DNA of 64,000 nt. Origin: an archaeon (GTDB taxonomy: Archaea; Methanobacteriota_B; Thermococci; Methanofastidiosales; NM3). This document shows positions 18,701 through 27,984 of the stretch, piece after piece. The stretch's first letter is position 1; the number at the start of each line of letters is the position of its first letter. Location: contig RXIG01000028.1 in assembly GCA_004212155.1 (NCBI GenBank), positions 1 through 64,000 on the forward strand, written 5' to 3'. Under the pieces are notes generated by a model that saw only the letters and a program-made list of their open reading frames with translations, ran no database searches and was not told the DNA's origin. The position numbers and the translations under genes were made by a program.

Positions 18701-20329
18701 TCAACTCATAATATCCGTTATAAGTTTTAATGCATACTGTCTATCTATTGCTTGTGCGCGTAATTCCCTTAAAACTCTCTGCAGTGATATCTTTTTTGCG
18801 TATGCATGGGACTGATTGACAAGGCGCAGGTGCGAACATCCAAAGTGATCCGATGGGGGGTTATCGTTCCATGAGGCTAGCTGTCGCTTGTTGAGGGCAA
18901 GCGATGCAGGCAGATTCCATACTATGAGTCCGTTGTCTGCGACGATCGACTGCGCCCCCGTGGAGATCATGTCGCCGTATATGACGATGTCTGTGCCGCT
19001 TTGGCGCGCATGGCCCTCGACCGTCGCCGTGATGACGGAATGACACCGCCCACAAGGGTGCATGCGCCCCTCTGTTGACGCCTCGAAGATGTCTGTCATG
19101 TCCTCGCATGGATCGAGCACGTCAACGCTGATGCCATCGCCCAGGGCCTGCTTCAGTAGTGCCGCCTCGTCCAGGTACGGCGTACGAACGGTGACGGCCC
19201 TGACTGAAAACCCCATGGCGTTTGCGATCCTGATACAGGCTGAGCTGTCCGTGCCTCCCGACCATGCGACGATCGCCTCACCTCTGTGAGGAGTGCGCTC
19301 TGACGGCCGCGGGAAGGAGCTGAGAGCATCGCCGATCTCGGCTGAGATTTCCGATGCCTGCCTGAGCGCATTGGCGCGCCGGTAGCGTACCACCGCGTCG
19401 GGAGATGCGTCTTGCGGCTCGTCGTCCGGCTCAATGATCGGTGTCCAATGGTCGTATACGACGCGCGCTGCCCTCGTTGGCTCCATGAGGCCGTTGAACA
19501 CGTCTGCAAGCGTGCGATGCACAAGCGCCGCCCTGTTCTCATCCGATAGAGCAAAGATGCGCGGCTTGAATCGCCGTTTCTCATATCGTGAACATTCCCA
19601 GGAGGAAAGGGCGAAGAATCGTTGCGGATCGATGAGCAGCATACCCTGGCACTCCTCGATGGTGCTTTCAAAAACGCCCAGGATGACATCAAGTCCCGCG
19701 CGGGTAGCGATATCGATCGACTCGTCGGTCAGCTGTTTGCGCCGTGTGGCATATGATGTCACGCTTGCCTCGCATTTCACAAACGTCGTATGTGGGTATG
19801 CGTTTTTGACATGCTCATCGACGAATCCGGTATGCACCAGGATGGGCGACCCCCCGAAAGCCTCAAGGAATCCACACACCCACATGAGCTCCTCCCCCAT
19901 CACCGCCGCCGAGAACGGGGGAGGGGTCGCCCCTTCTACGAATCGATCGAAGAACGCACGCACGTGGTGCGCCCATCCGGGAAGCGCATGGCGCGAAGCA
20001 ATCCGCATCCGCAGGCGCATGATGCCATCCAATCGGGAGCTCACGGTGATGCGCGCATATCCAAGGCGGGTGGCGAGCTTGCCGACGACCCACCCCCCCG
20101 TACCGATGACGATGCTCTTGTCTGCCCGGTCCTCGCATTCTATGAAGAGGGCGTCGCCTTCCTCGCGTACACGGGTGATGACGGGATGCCGCTTACTGAC
20201 ACCGATGCTCTCACGTATGTCGTGTATCTCTTCAAGGAGTCGGTCATGCACACAGTGATTGTATAAGACCTGCTTAAAGAGATAACGGTCGATGTGCGCC
20301 GCACTCGTTGTGCCGGTCGTGGAAGACAT
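18701..20329 (-). CDS. Predicted PP-loop ATPase (COG1365-like) with N-terminal KH-like domain, unusually long
   Basis: DRADKSIVIGTGGWVVGKL, AWSGGTDSS, HPCGRCH, YGDMISTG, FGC motifs. Confidence 0.8.
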   Translation of the reverse strand: MSSTTGTTSAAHIDRYLFKQVLYNHCVHDRLLEEIHDIRESIGVSKRHPVITRVREEGDALFIECEDRADKSIVIGTGGWVVGKLATRLGYARITVSSRLDGIMRLRMRIASRHALPGWAHHVRAFFDRFVEGATPPPFSAAVMGEELMWVCGFLEAFGGSPILVHTGFVDEHVKNAYPHTTFVKCEASVTSYATRRKQLTDESIDIATRAGLDVILGVFESTIEECQGMLLIDPQRFFALSSWECSRYEKRRFKPRIFALSDENRAALVHRTLADVFNGLMEPTRAARVVYDHWTPIIEPDDEPQDASPDAVVRYRRANALRQASEISAEIGDALSSFPRPSERTPHRGEAIVAWSGGTDSSACIRIANAMGFSVRAVTVRTPYLDEAALLKQALGDGISVDVLDPCEDMTDIFEASTEGRMHPCGRCHSVITATVEGHARQSGTDIVIYGDMISTGAQSIVADNGLIVWNLPASLALNKRQLASWNDNPPSDHFGCSHLRLVNQSHAYAKKISLQRVLRELRAQAIDRQYALKLITDIMS

Positions 20330-20349
20330 TATTAATGCCGTTCACGCAT

Positions 20350-22242
20350 ATGATACGTATGGGCGGCTATCGGGGAATGATAGGTTATATCGACCTTGGC
20401 AATGGCCACGCATCCTCGCGCGTGCTCCCTCCTGAGCTCAGGCGAGACTTCATAGGGGGACGAGGATTTACCTCAAAGCTTATCCATGACCTCGTTCCAC
20501 TGAACATCGACGCCCTCGATCCGGGCAACACCGTGGTACTTGCGGTCGGCCCCCTGGCAGGCACACTCGCACCTTCGACGGGTCGCATCACGATCGGTGC
20601 AAAGTCGCCACTCACCGGGATCCTCGGCGATGGCAACGCAGGGGGGCACGCGGGGGCAGAGATGAAGTATGCCGGCTACGACGCACTCGTCATTACAGGC
20701 CGCGCCGAACACCCCACTCACGTACATGTGGGGGACGGTACCATATCGTTTCACGACGCATCAGGCATCTGGGGGGCTGCGGTGAGCGAGACCGAACGCA
20801 TGGTGCGCGAGCGATGTGACGATACCGAGGCGCACGTGATATCGATCGGTCCCGCGGGCGAGAACTGCGTGCGCTACGCATCGCTCATCGCCGACGGTTC
20901 GCGCGCTGCTGCCCGATGTGGCATCGGCGCCGTATGGGGATCAAAGCGCCTCAAGGCACTGTCCCTGCGGGGCACCGGAGGCGTTGACATAGCCCACCCG
21001 GAATCATTCCACGAACATGTCTGCGAGACGCTGGAGGCCATCTACGCTGATCCGGTCTATCCCACGCTTTCCGAACGCGGGACGCCTTTCCTGATCGACT
21101 CCGCCCAGCTTGGCGGGGGGCTTGCCACGCGCAACAATCAGCAGGGTGTAGCCGATGACTACGATGCGATCTCCTGCGAACGGTTTTACACACACCACAG
21201 GAAACGATCCTTTGCATGCTTTGCATGCCCCATACATTGCTCCAATATCGCGATTGCCACGTCGGCCGATGGAAGGCATATCACATCGGAGGGACCTGAG
21301 TACGAATCGATCGTCTGCCTCGGGCCGAAGTGCGGCATCATGTCGCTTCCCGCCATCATCGAGGCAAATAGGGCGTGCAACGAGCTCGGGCTTGATACGA
21401 TATCGTGCGGCAGCACGATCGGGTTTGCCATGGAGCTATGGCAGCACGGCATCATCTCCGCGCAGGATACAGGGGGAATAGACCTGGCGTGGGGCAACGA
21501 GGACTCGGTACTCTCGCTCATCGAGATGATAGCAAGGAGAGAGGGATATGGCGATGCGCTTGCCCAAGGCGTCAGACGATACGCAAAACGGGTGGGACCC
21601 GCGGCTCGCCCCTACGCGCTCCATGTCAAGGGATTGGAGGTGCCAGCCTTCGACGGCAGGGCGGCAAAGGGATTTGCTCTTGGATGGGCCGTGTCGTCGC
21701 GCGGAGCAGACCACCTGCGCGCGCTGCCCAACTTCGAGCTTCTCGGATACCCGCCATTCGAGGCTCAGCGGCGATTCGGCGATCGTCATGCGAGCGACCC
21801 CTATGATGAGCGCGGAAAGGCGGAGCTGGTCACGTGGCATGAGAACTTCAGCGCCGTTGTCGATTCCGCCGAGATGTGCAAATATACAACGTTCTCGACA
21901 TATGCCGTCACACCAGGGATGCTGGCGACGCTCCTCCACGACGTGGTAGGGGATGCCTATGATGCAGAGCAATTAATGAGGTGTGGCGAGCGCATTGTGA
22001 CACTCGAGCGCATGATCGACATATCCTTCGGCGGCGCATGTCGGGATACCCTGCCCGATCGCATTCTCCACGAACCGTTACCGCAGGGCCCTGCGCGCGG
22101 CAATACCGTCGACCTGGCATCAATGGTCGAAAGGTATTACGAGTTGCGCGGATGGGACCGTAATGGTGTGCCCACTGCTGATGCGCTCAAACAGCTGGGA
22201 CTCGCGCCTTCGCCCGATGGCGATGCACCCCCTCGAGTGTAG
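20350..22242 (+). CDS. Aldehyde:ferredoxin oxidoreductase family protein (second paralog)
   Basis: KSPLTG, IGPAGEN, CFACPIHC, EGPEYES, LGLDTIS, YYELRGWD motifs. Confidence 0.95.
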   Translation: MIRMGGYRGMIGYIDLGNGHASSRVLPPELRRDFIGGRGFTSKLIHDLVPLNIDALDPGNTVVLAVGPLAGTLAPSTGRITIGAKSPLTGILGDGNAGGHAGAEMKYAGYDALVITGRAEHPTHVHVGDGTISFHDASGIWGAAVSETERMVRERCDDTEAHVISIGPAGENCVRYASLIADGSRAAARCGIGAVWGSKRLKALSLRGTGGVDIAHPESFHEHVCETLEAIYADPVYPTLSERGTPFLIDSAQLGGGLATRNNQQGVADDYDAISCERFYTHHRKRSFACFACPIHCSNIAIATSADGRHITSEGPEYESIVCLGPKCGIMSLPAIIEANRACNELGLDTISCGSTIGFAMELWQHGIISAQDTGGIDLAWGNEDSVLSLIEMIARREGYGDALAQGVRRYAKRVGPAARPYALHVKGLEVPAFDGRAAKGFALGWAVSSRGADHLRALPNFELLGYPPFEAQRRFGDRHASDPYDERGKAELVTWHENFSAVVDSAEMCKYTTFSTYAVTPGMLATLLHDVVGDAYDAEQLMRCGERIVTLERMIDISFGGACRDTLPDRILHEPLPQGPARGNTVDLASMVERYYELRGWDRNGVPTADALKQLGLAPSPDGDAPPRV

Positions 22243-22325
22243 GAGCAGTGTGCTTTGTCGATTGATAAGCAACATTACCTGAAGTGGATAATAAGTTTTA
22301 TTAATACAATGAGCGAACATTAATC

Positions 22326-22919
22326 ATGCTTTCTATCGAGGAGGGGACGACCCTGGTCAGGATAGCGAGACGCTCCATCGAGGCACACCTCCGCAACGAG
22401 GTATATACTCCTGAATCGTATCCAGATTCCTTCAAGGAACGTTCTGGCATCTTCGTTACGCTTTCCACGTACCCCGACCACTGCCTGCGCGGGTGCATAG
22501 GGTTTCCCGAACCGTCTCACCGATTGATAGATGCAGCGACCGAAGCAGCGATCATTGCGGCAACGCGCGATCCTCGATTTGCCTCTGTCTCGATAGACGA
22601 GATGGACTCCATCACCGTGGAGGTCACCGTCCTCACCCCTCCTGTCCTTGTGGAAAGGCGGGGAAGGGACTATCTCGATGAATTCGAGGTCGGCACCCAT
22701 GGCCTCATCGTGGAGAAGGGGTTTTACAAAGGGTTGCTCCTCCCACAGGTGCCTGTCGAATGGGGATGGGACAAGGAGGAATTTATCTCGCAAACGTGCG
22801 TGAAGGCCGGACTGCAACCCGACGCATGGCTCACAGGAGATATTGACCTGTACACCTTCAAGGGCGAGGTCTTCGCAGAGAAGGAGCCGCGTGGAACGGT
22901 CGTCTTCAAGGAGAAGTGA
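22326..22919 (+). CDS. AMMECR1 / TIGR00296 family protein
   Basis: LRGCIG, DPRF, GLLLPQV, CVKAG motifs. Confidence 0.95.
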   Translation: MLSIEEGTTLVRIARRSIEAHLRNEVYTPESYPDSFKERSGIFVTLSTYPDHCLRGCIGFPEPSHRLIDAATEAAIIAATRDPRFASVSIDEMDSITVEVTVLTPPVLVERRGRDYLDEFEVGTHGLIVEKGFYKGLLLPQVPVEWGWDKEEFISQTCVKAGLQPDAWLTGDIDLYTFKGEVFAEKEPRGTVVFKEK

Positions 22920-22926
22920 ACGACCA

Positions 22927-23769
22927 ATGGAACAGACCATATTGGAAAAAGGATTCGAGATCGCACGGGACCTCAAGGCTGATTGCGTTCTCTATTGTGC
23001 GGAGTCGAAAAAGGACATCACGATGGCACAGGCCATGGAGCTCTACAACGAGGTCTCCCCCGTCGTCGTCATCACAGACAAAAAGCTTATGAAAAGGGAC
23101 GAACGCGAGATATTCCTCGTTACCGAGATACCCGACCTGTTCGAGAAGATACGCATCTCGATAGCGGGCGCCATGGTCAAGGAATATGCCAAGGGAGATG
23201 ACATGGTCGTCTTTATCGACACCACAGGGGCCGAGAGCGACAACGCCATCATCACAATGCGCGCTTCGCCACTCATCGACGACGGTGTCTACTCGGTTCT
23301 TTCCCACACCGGCATCATCGATCCGATGGTCATTCATTCCGTGCTCCGCATAGCGACCCAGCTTGGCAAGAAAGGGCGCGAGGGAAAGCCTGTCGGCACC
23401 ACATTTATCGTCGGCGACTCGGGCGACGTCCTCAGGCACTCGACGCAGATCACGTACAATCCTTTCGAGGGCAGCTATGTCGATATCTCGGACAAGGTCG
23501 TCACGAGCATGATCAAGGAGTACTCTCGCCTCGACGGGGCGTTTATCATCAGCGGCAAGGGCAAGATCGTCGCTGCGGCACGCTACCTGGAGAGCGGCAA
23601 GGACGACATCGTACTCCCTCAGGGCCTTGGCGCGAGGCACATGTCTGCAGCCTGGATCTCAAAGATCACCAACGCCATCGCCATCGTTTTATCGGAGTCC
23701 GACAACTTGATACGATTGTTTGCGAACGGGACGCTCATACTCGAGCTCGATCCTGCGGAACTGGGGTGA
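22927..23769 (+). CDS. dacZ: Diadenylate cyclase (archaeal DacZ type)
   Basis: GREGKPVGT, RLDGAF (DGA), GLGARH (RHR-like), LSES motifs. Confidence 0.9.
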   Translation: MEQTILEKGFEIARDLKADCVLYCAESKKDITMAQAMELYNEVSPVVVITDKKLMKRDEREIFLVTEIPDLFEKIRISIAGAMVKEYAKGDDMVVFIDTTGAESDNAIITMRASPLIDDGVYSVLSHTGIIDPMVIHSVLRIATQLGKKGREGKPVGTTFIVGDSGDVLRHSTQITYNPFEGSYVDISDKVVTSMIKEYSRLDGAFIISGKGKIVAAARYLESGKDDIVLPQGLGARHMSAAWISKITNAIAIVLSESDNLIRLFANGTLILELDPAELG

Positions 23770-23773
23770 TACC

Positions 23774-24565
23774 ATGTTGCTCGATTACAGTAAGGTCGCC
23801 GATGCGTTGTCCAGCCACGCAGAGGACTTCGTATATGTCATACTCATCCTCATCGCTGGCCTCGTCATCGGCAAGGCCGTAGGCAAGGTCATCAGGACGA
23901 TCATTGACAAGACGGGCCTCCTTCGGATTATCAAGGGAACGAAGTCACAGGAAAGCACACGCCGAACGAGCTTTTCGCTGCTCAACTTCATCGAGGCAGT
24001 GGTGCGATGGACGATATACCTCATTGCCATCGGCCAGGCGATCGAGATACTGGGATTCGAGGAGCTTACGCGTGCAATGGGTGAACTGGTCAAGTTTCTG
24101 CCCAACGTGATCATCGCGCTCGTGATCGTCATCTTCGGATTCATCGCGGCCGACAAGATCGTTTCCGCCCTTGATGACTTCTTAAGGGAGTCCAAACTTC
24201 CCAACTACACGATCATCACCTCGAGCGTGCGGTATTCGATCTACTTCATAGCCATCATCATGGCACTCGCCCAGCTGCGCATCTCGACGCAGGTGCTCGT
24301 TGTGCTCGCCGGCGTGTTCTCTTTCTTCTTTGTCGTGATCATCGCCATCGGCGCGCGGGAGATAGCAACGAACCTCTTCGCAGGCCTCCAGATCATCTGG
24401 TACCGGACAATCGCCGTGGGGGACGTCATACGAGTGGAGGACACAGAGGGTGTTGTCGACGAGATCGGCATCATCTCGACCACCGTGAAGACCGAGAACG
24501 GCGAGTACGTCATCATTCCTAACTCCCATATTGCCAACTACAAGGTGTTCAAGAAACTTTCGTGA
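23774..24565 (+). CDS. Small-conductance mechanosensitive channel (MscS family)
   Basis: TM repeats, then NLFAG..VGD.I...G.V.EIG...IPNS. Confidence 0.9.
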   Translation: MLLDYSKVADALSSHAEDFVYVILILIAGLVIGKAVGKVIRTIIDKTGLLRIIKGTKSQESTRRTSFSLLNFIEAVVRWTIYLIAIGQAIEILGFEELTRAMGELVKFLPNVIIALVIVIFGFIAADKIVSALDDFLRESKLPNYTIITSSVRYSIYFIAIIMALAQLRISTQVLVVLAGVFSFFFVVIIAIGAREIATNLFAGLQIIWYRTIAVGDVIRVEDTEGVVDEIGIISTTVKTENGEYVIIPNSHIANYKVFKKLS

Positions 24566-25281
24566 TGCCCATGTCCCAGTCTGTCGTGGCGCTGCCTCAC
24601 GATGCCGTCGGGACAGTTGTTTGTCGTGACAACAGGTTCCGCGCTCACGTTGACATCACCGAGCCGATCAGGGCAAACGGCGCTTCAGTGCACGTGCACG
24701 ACCCCGGGAGGATACGCGAGGTGATCTATCCTGGCAACACTGTCCTCCTCCGGTGGGCACGCTCCCCGACGCGCTCGACGGATTGGGACGTGCTGGCAGG
24801 CGATGTTGGCGGTGAGTGGGTGCTTGTCCATTCAGGCTATCACTCGACCATCGCAGAAGGCATACTGCGTGCAGGCCTTGCCGGCCCTTCGATACGCGGA
24901 TGCACGCTACATCGCGAGGTGACGCGGGGCGGAAGCCGCTTTGACTTCCTTCTCGAATGTGCTTCCGGGCGCCATTGGATCGAGGTCAAGGGATGCTCGC
25001 TTTCCAGAGGGGGCGTGGCGCTGTTCCCCGATGCTCCCACCACGCGCGGCACGCGCCATCTTGAAGGGCTCATCGACGCAGTTGAGAACGGTGACCGCGC
25101 TTCTGTCATCTTTCTCGTGCTCGGGCATGCCGCCACCTCGTTTTCCCCCAACAGCGATACTGACCCTCGTTTTGCTGAGGCATTCACACGCGCTGTCGAT
25201 GCCGGGGTCACGGTCTACCCGCTGCGCTGCACCTACGACGGGTGCGATGTATCGTACCATCGTGTGCTCCCCGTGAGATGA
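24562..25281 (+). CDS. sfsA: DNA/RNA nuclease SfsA
   Basis: NRF, DPGR, SRFDFLL, EVKG, FPDAPTTRGTRHL motifs. Confidence 0.94.
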   Translation: MMPMSQSVVALPHDAVGTVVCRDNRFRAHVDITEPIRANGASVHVHDPGRIREVIYPGNTVLLRWARSPTRSTDWDVLAGDVGGEWVLVHSGYHSTIAEGILRAGLAGPSIRGCTLHREVTRGGSRFDFLLECASGRHWIEVKGCSLSRGGVALFPDAPTTRGTRHLEGLIDAVENGDRASVIFLVLGHAATSFSPNSDTDPRFAEAFTRAVDAGVTVYPLRCTYDGCDVSYHRVLPVR

Positions 25282-25297
25282 GCGAAGATATTTAAGC

Positions 25298-25645
25298 ATG
25301 GCAGACATACGTCCTCCCATGAAGTACGAAGTGTTTTACGGCAAGGGTATGAAGAGGGTAAAGGAACGCCTTCCGGACCTTTATGAGAGCATAGCCTCGC
25401 TTAACGAGTCGGTATTCAACGGGACGACGCTAGACTACAAGACCCAAAAGCTCATCGCAATCGGCATAGCGGCCTCACGCTGCGACTCCGATGCGACGAA
25501 AAAGCAGATGCGCTCGAGCATGAACGAGCTCGAAGTCACAGAGGACGAGATCATCGACGTCCTGCGCGTGGTGCTCCTACTCTCGGGAATGCCGGCATTC
25601 AATCAGGGCATGCGCCTCCTCGACGAGATCACGTCCGAGAAGTAG
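25298..25645 (+). CDS. Carboxymuconolactone decarboxylase (CMD/AhpD-like) family protein
   Basis: LDYKTQKLIAIG...EDEI..V...SGMPA. Confidence 0.88.
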   Translation: MADIRPPMKYEVFYGKGMKRVKERLPDLYESIASLNESVFNGTTLDYKTQKLIAIGIAASRCDSDATKKQMRSSMNELEVTEDEIIDVLRVVLLLSGMPAFNQGMRLLDEITSEK

Positions 25646-25655
25646 GCCAGGCGCA

Positions 25656-26153
25656 CTAGAGCCGCTTTCGCGCAAGCTCATAGTAATTGATGTCGCTTTC
25701 CTCGTCAACGAGGGCGATTATCATCTGCTTCTTTACAGAATGGGCTAGGCGCACATAGCGCACGAGCGCCTCTGCAGGAATGTTCTCGGGCGCCTTGTAC
25801 GCATGGACGAGGTAGTCGGCGTGCTCTTCCACCGAAGTACGATATACCCTGAAGTGACACCCGTACTTGAACCCGGTCTTGACTATATAGCCCTTGTCAC
25901 GCAGGTCTTTGTAGACGGTGTAGCGTGTCGAGAAGTCGGGCCCCGCAAGGCGGCGCCAAAGATCCCCACTACTTAGCGTGGTATCATCGATTTTGATCTC
26001 AAGCTTTCCCCGCTCGTGAAGGTATGTCGCCTCGATCGCCGAAAGATGGAGCGTCCCCTCCTTCACGACACCATACGAGCGTTTGCTATGGAGTGCCGAG
26101 ACCGAACGAGAATCAGTGACAAGTACCTCGTCATTGAGCAGTTCGCCGATCAT
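25656..26153 (-). CDS. endA: tRNA-intron endonuclease (single-unit, alpha4 type)
   Basis: VYKDLRDKG, TGFKYG, FRVY, H, RLAHSVKK; about 165 aa. Confidence 0.95.
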   Translation of the reverse strand: MIGELLNDEVLVTDSRSVSALHSKRSYGVVKEGTLHLSAIEATYLHERGKLEIKIDDTTLSSGDLWRRLAGPDFSTRYTVYKDLRDKGYIVKTGFKYGCHFRVYRTSVEEHADYLVHAYKAPENIPAEALVRYVRLAHSVKKQMIIALVDEESDINYYELARKRL

Positions 26154-26206
26154 GATGTTCCTTGCGAGGATGCAATTATATGGTTTTTGCATGAAGTGCG
26201 GCCAGT

Positions 26207-26635
26207 TCAGGAAAGGATGCCCAGATGCGCAAGCCTCGTTTCGAGGGCGTTTTCAAAGTCTTCCTTCATTTCCTTCCCATCGATGCGAAAGAACTCATTG
26301 AATGCCTCATCGTAGACGAGCAGTTGTGGCATCTTGTCATCGTCTGTCACGTTGAGTTCGACAAAGACCTGTTCGTCAAAGATCCGCATCTCTATCTTTG
26401 GATTGTCCATGAGGAGGTAGAGGCGGATGATCATGGGGATGGTGGCGATACAATATGGACATCTCTTCGCCGTTGCCACGGCCACGTAGATGGAGCGTTC
26501 AAATCCCTGCAACGCTTCGACGATCCGTTGTTGTGGTTCATACCGCTGGTATTTTTTCTTGAAGTAGTAGTTTTTCAGCTGTTCTTCAAGATATGGGACG
26601 ACCTCCTCCCCCCTCATGAATTTTTGGCGATTCAT
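26207..26635 (-). CDS. Thioredoxin-like protein
   Basis: CPYC motif followed by cis-Pro-like MPQ. Confidence 0.7.
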   Translation of the reverse strand: MNRQKFMRGEEVVPYLEEQLKNYYFKKKYQRYEPQQRIVEALQGFERSIYVAVATAKRCPYCIATIPMIIRLYLLMDNPKIEMRIFDEQVFVELNVTDDDKMPQLLVYDEAFNEFFRIDGKEMKEDFENALETRLAHLGILS

Positions 26636-26708
26636 TACACATCAGCAACCGTGGTTATTTATAAATATTGTCCTTTGTTCTCAAAACATTATACAAAAAA
26701 TAAGAATA

Positions 26709-27398
26709 TCATTCATGCACTGTGGTACCTACGCGTTCTCCGCGCACGAGGCGAACGATGCGTTCAGGGTCGCTTCCATTCACGAAGTGGAGCCGTATGT
26801 GAGAGCGCACGAGGTTGTTCACGGCGACCGTGTCGAACAGTTCATACTGTCCCGCACCAGCACCCGATGCCGAAACGATCTCTCGAAGCTCGGCGTATGT
26901 GGCGTCCTCGAGGGGGCGCGCGTCATCGTATCGTGAGGGGTCCTTGTCGTAGAGGTAGTCAACGTCGGTGGCGTTGACGAGGTGGTCTGCCCCCATGGCC
27001 TCGCACAGGAGCGTTGCAACGGCATTGGTCGACTGTCCCGGCTGCATGCCGCCGGCTACGACCATCCTTCCCTCTCGCAGCTGTCGCACCATTTCGTCAT
27101 AGGTCTGGGGAGGGTATGGGGCTGCAAGGTCGGAAAGGCGCGAGATGAATAGCATCGCATTCATGCGCGTTGCCATGACCGCCACGAAGTCCTTGTCCGC
27201 CTGGCCGTAGTCCGGTGCGAGCCCGCGTATGTACGAGCGTGCCGTGGCACCGCCCCCCACGACGATGCCAACTGCGTGGCCCTCCCCTGCCAGCGTTCGA
27301 ACGGCATCACACATCGCGTCGATGCGCGAGGTGCGGATATTTCCATCTTCAAAGAGGAGTGATCCTCCATATTTAATCACTAGGTCCATCTTTTTCAC
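26709..27398 (-). CDS. pyrH: UMP kinase
   Basis: KYGGS, VGGG..AR.YI, PGQSTNAVA, T.VD..Y..DP motifs. Confidence 0.95.
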   Translation of the reverse strand: MKKMDLVIKYGGSLLFEDGNIRTSRIDAMCDAVRTLAGEGHAVGIVVGGGATARSYIRGLAPDYGQADKDFVAVMATRMNAMLFISRLSDLAAPYPPQTYDEMVRQLREGRMVVAGGMQPGQSTNAVATLLCEAMGADHLVNATDVDYLYDKDPSRYDDARPLEDATYAELREIVSASGAGAGQYELFDTVAVNNLVRSHIRLHFVNGSDPERIVRLVRGERVGTTVHE

Positions 27399-27625
27399 TC
27401 ATCAAGCATTATGGTCGTTTCTGTATTTTTCACACCCGGGATGGCGCGTATTGTAAAGAATACGAATTTAGAGAGTGCTTTCATGTTCTCGTGTTCCACG
27501 AACGCGACAACGTCATGCAGCGAGTCGACCTTGGCAACGAAGACGACCTCGTCCTTGCCCTCCAACTCATCGATGACCGTATCGGGGTCTAGCGCCTTGA
27601 TTCCAATCAATCCTTTCGTGGTCAT
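27395..27625 (-). CDS. Stand-alone Lrp/AsnC ligand-binding (RAM) domain protein
   Basis: HDVVAFV...IRAIPGVKNTET; no HTH. Confidence 0.8.
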   Translation of the reverse strand: MTTKGLIGIKALDPDTVIDELEGKDEVVFVAKVDSLHDVVAFVEHENMKALSKFVFFTIRAIPGVKNTETTIMLDE

Positions 27626-27634
27626 GCTCTCACC

Positions 27635-27889
27635 TCATGGGACGAACTTGAGCGGATGAACGTCGAGCACTCCCTCGACCTTCTTCAGTCGTTTGAGAAG
27701 GGCCGGTACGTCGCTATGATCCAGCGTAAGGAAGACGATTACATCAAAGCTGCCAAACGATTTGAATGTATGTGAGATGCCAGCAAGCGATCCGGATTCA
27801 TTGCATACGGTATCTTCCATGCCGGGTACGATTTTGAGTCCTACGATTGCCGTGACGCCTTCGTAGGAAGCACGATCGACCATATTCAT
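27635..27889 (-). CDS. Stand-alone Lrp/AsnC ligand-binding (RAM) domain protein
   Basis: PG.E..V, FGSFDVIV, LKKVEGV; no HTH. Confidence 0.75.
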   Translation of the reverse strand: MNMVDRASYEGVTAIVGLKIVPGMEDTVCNESGSLAGISHTFKSFGSFDVIVFLTLDHSDVPALLKRLKKVEGVLDVHPLKFVP

Positions 27890-27984
27890 TCTATTATTCC
27901 CATCCTTATATATTTATTCTTGAAGCGGCGCTGCACGCATCGTCAGCACCAACGAACGAAACGATGAGCGCCAGATCAACAAGT

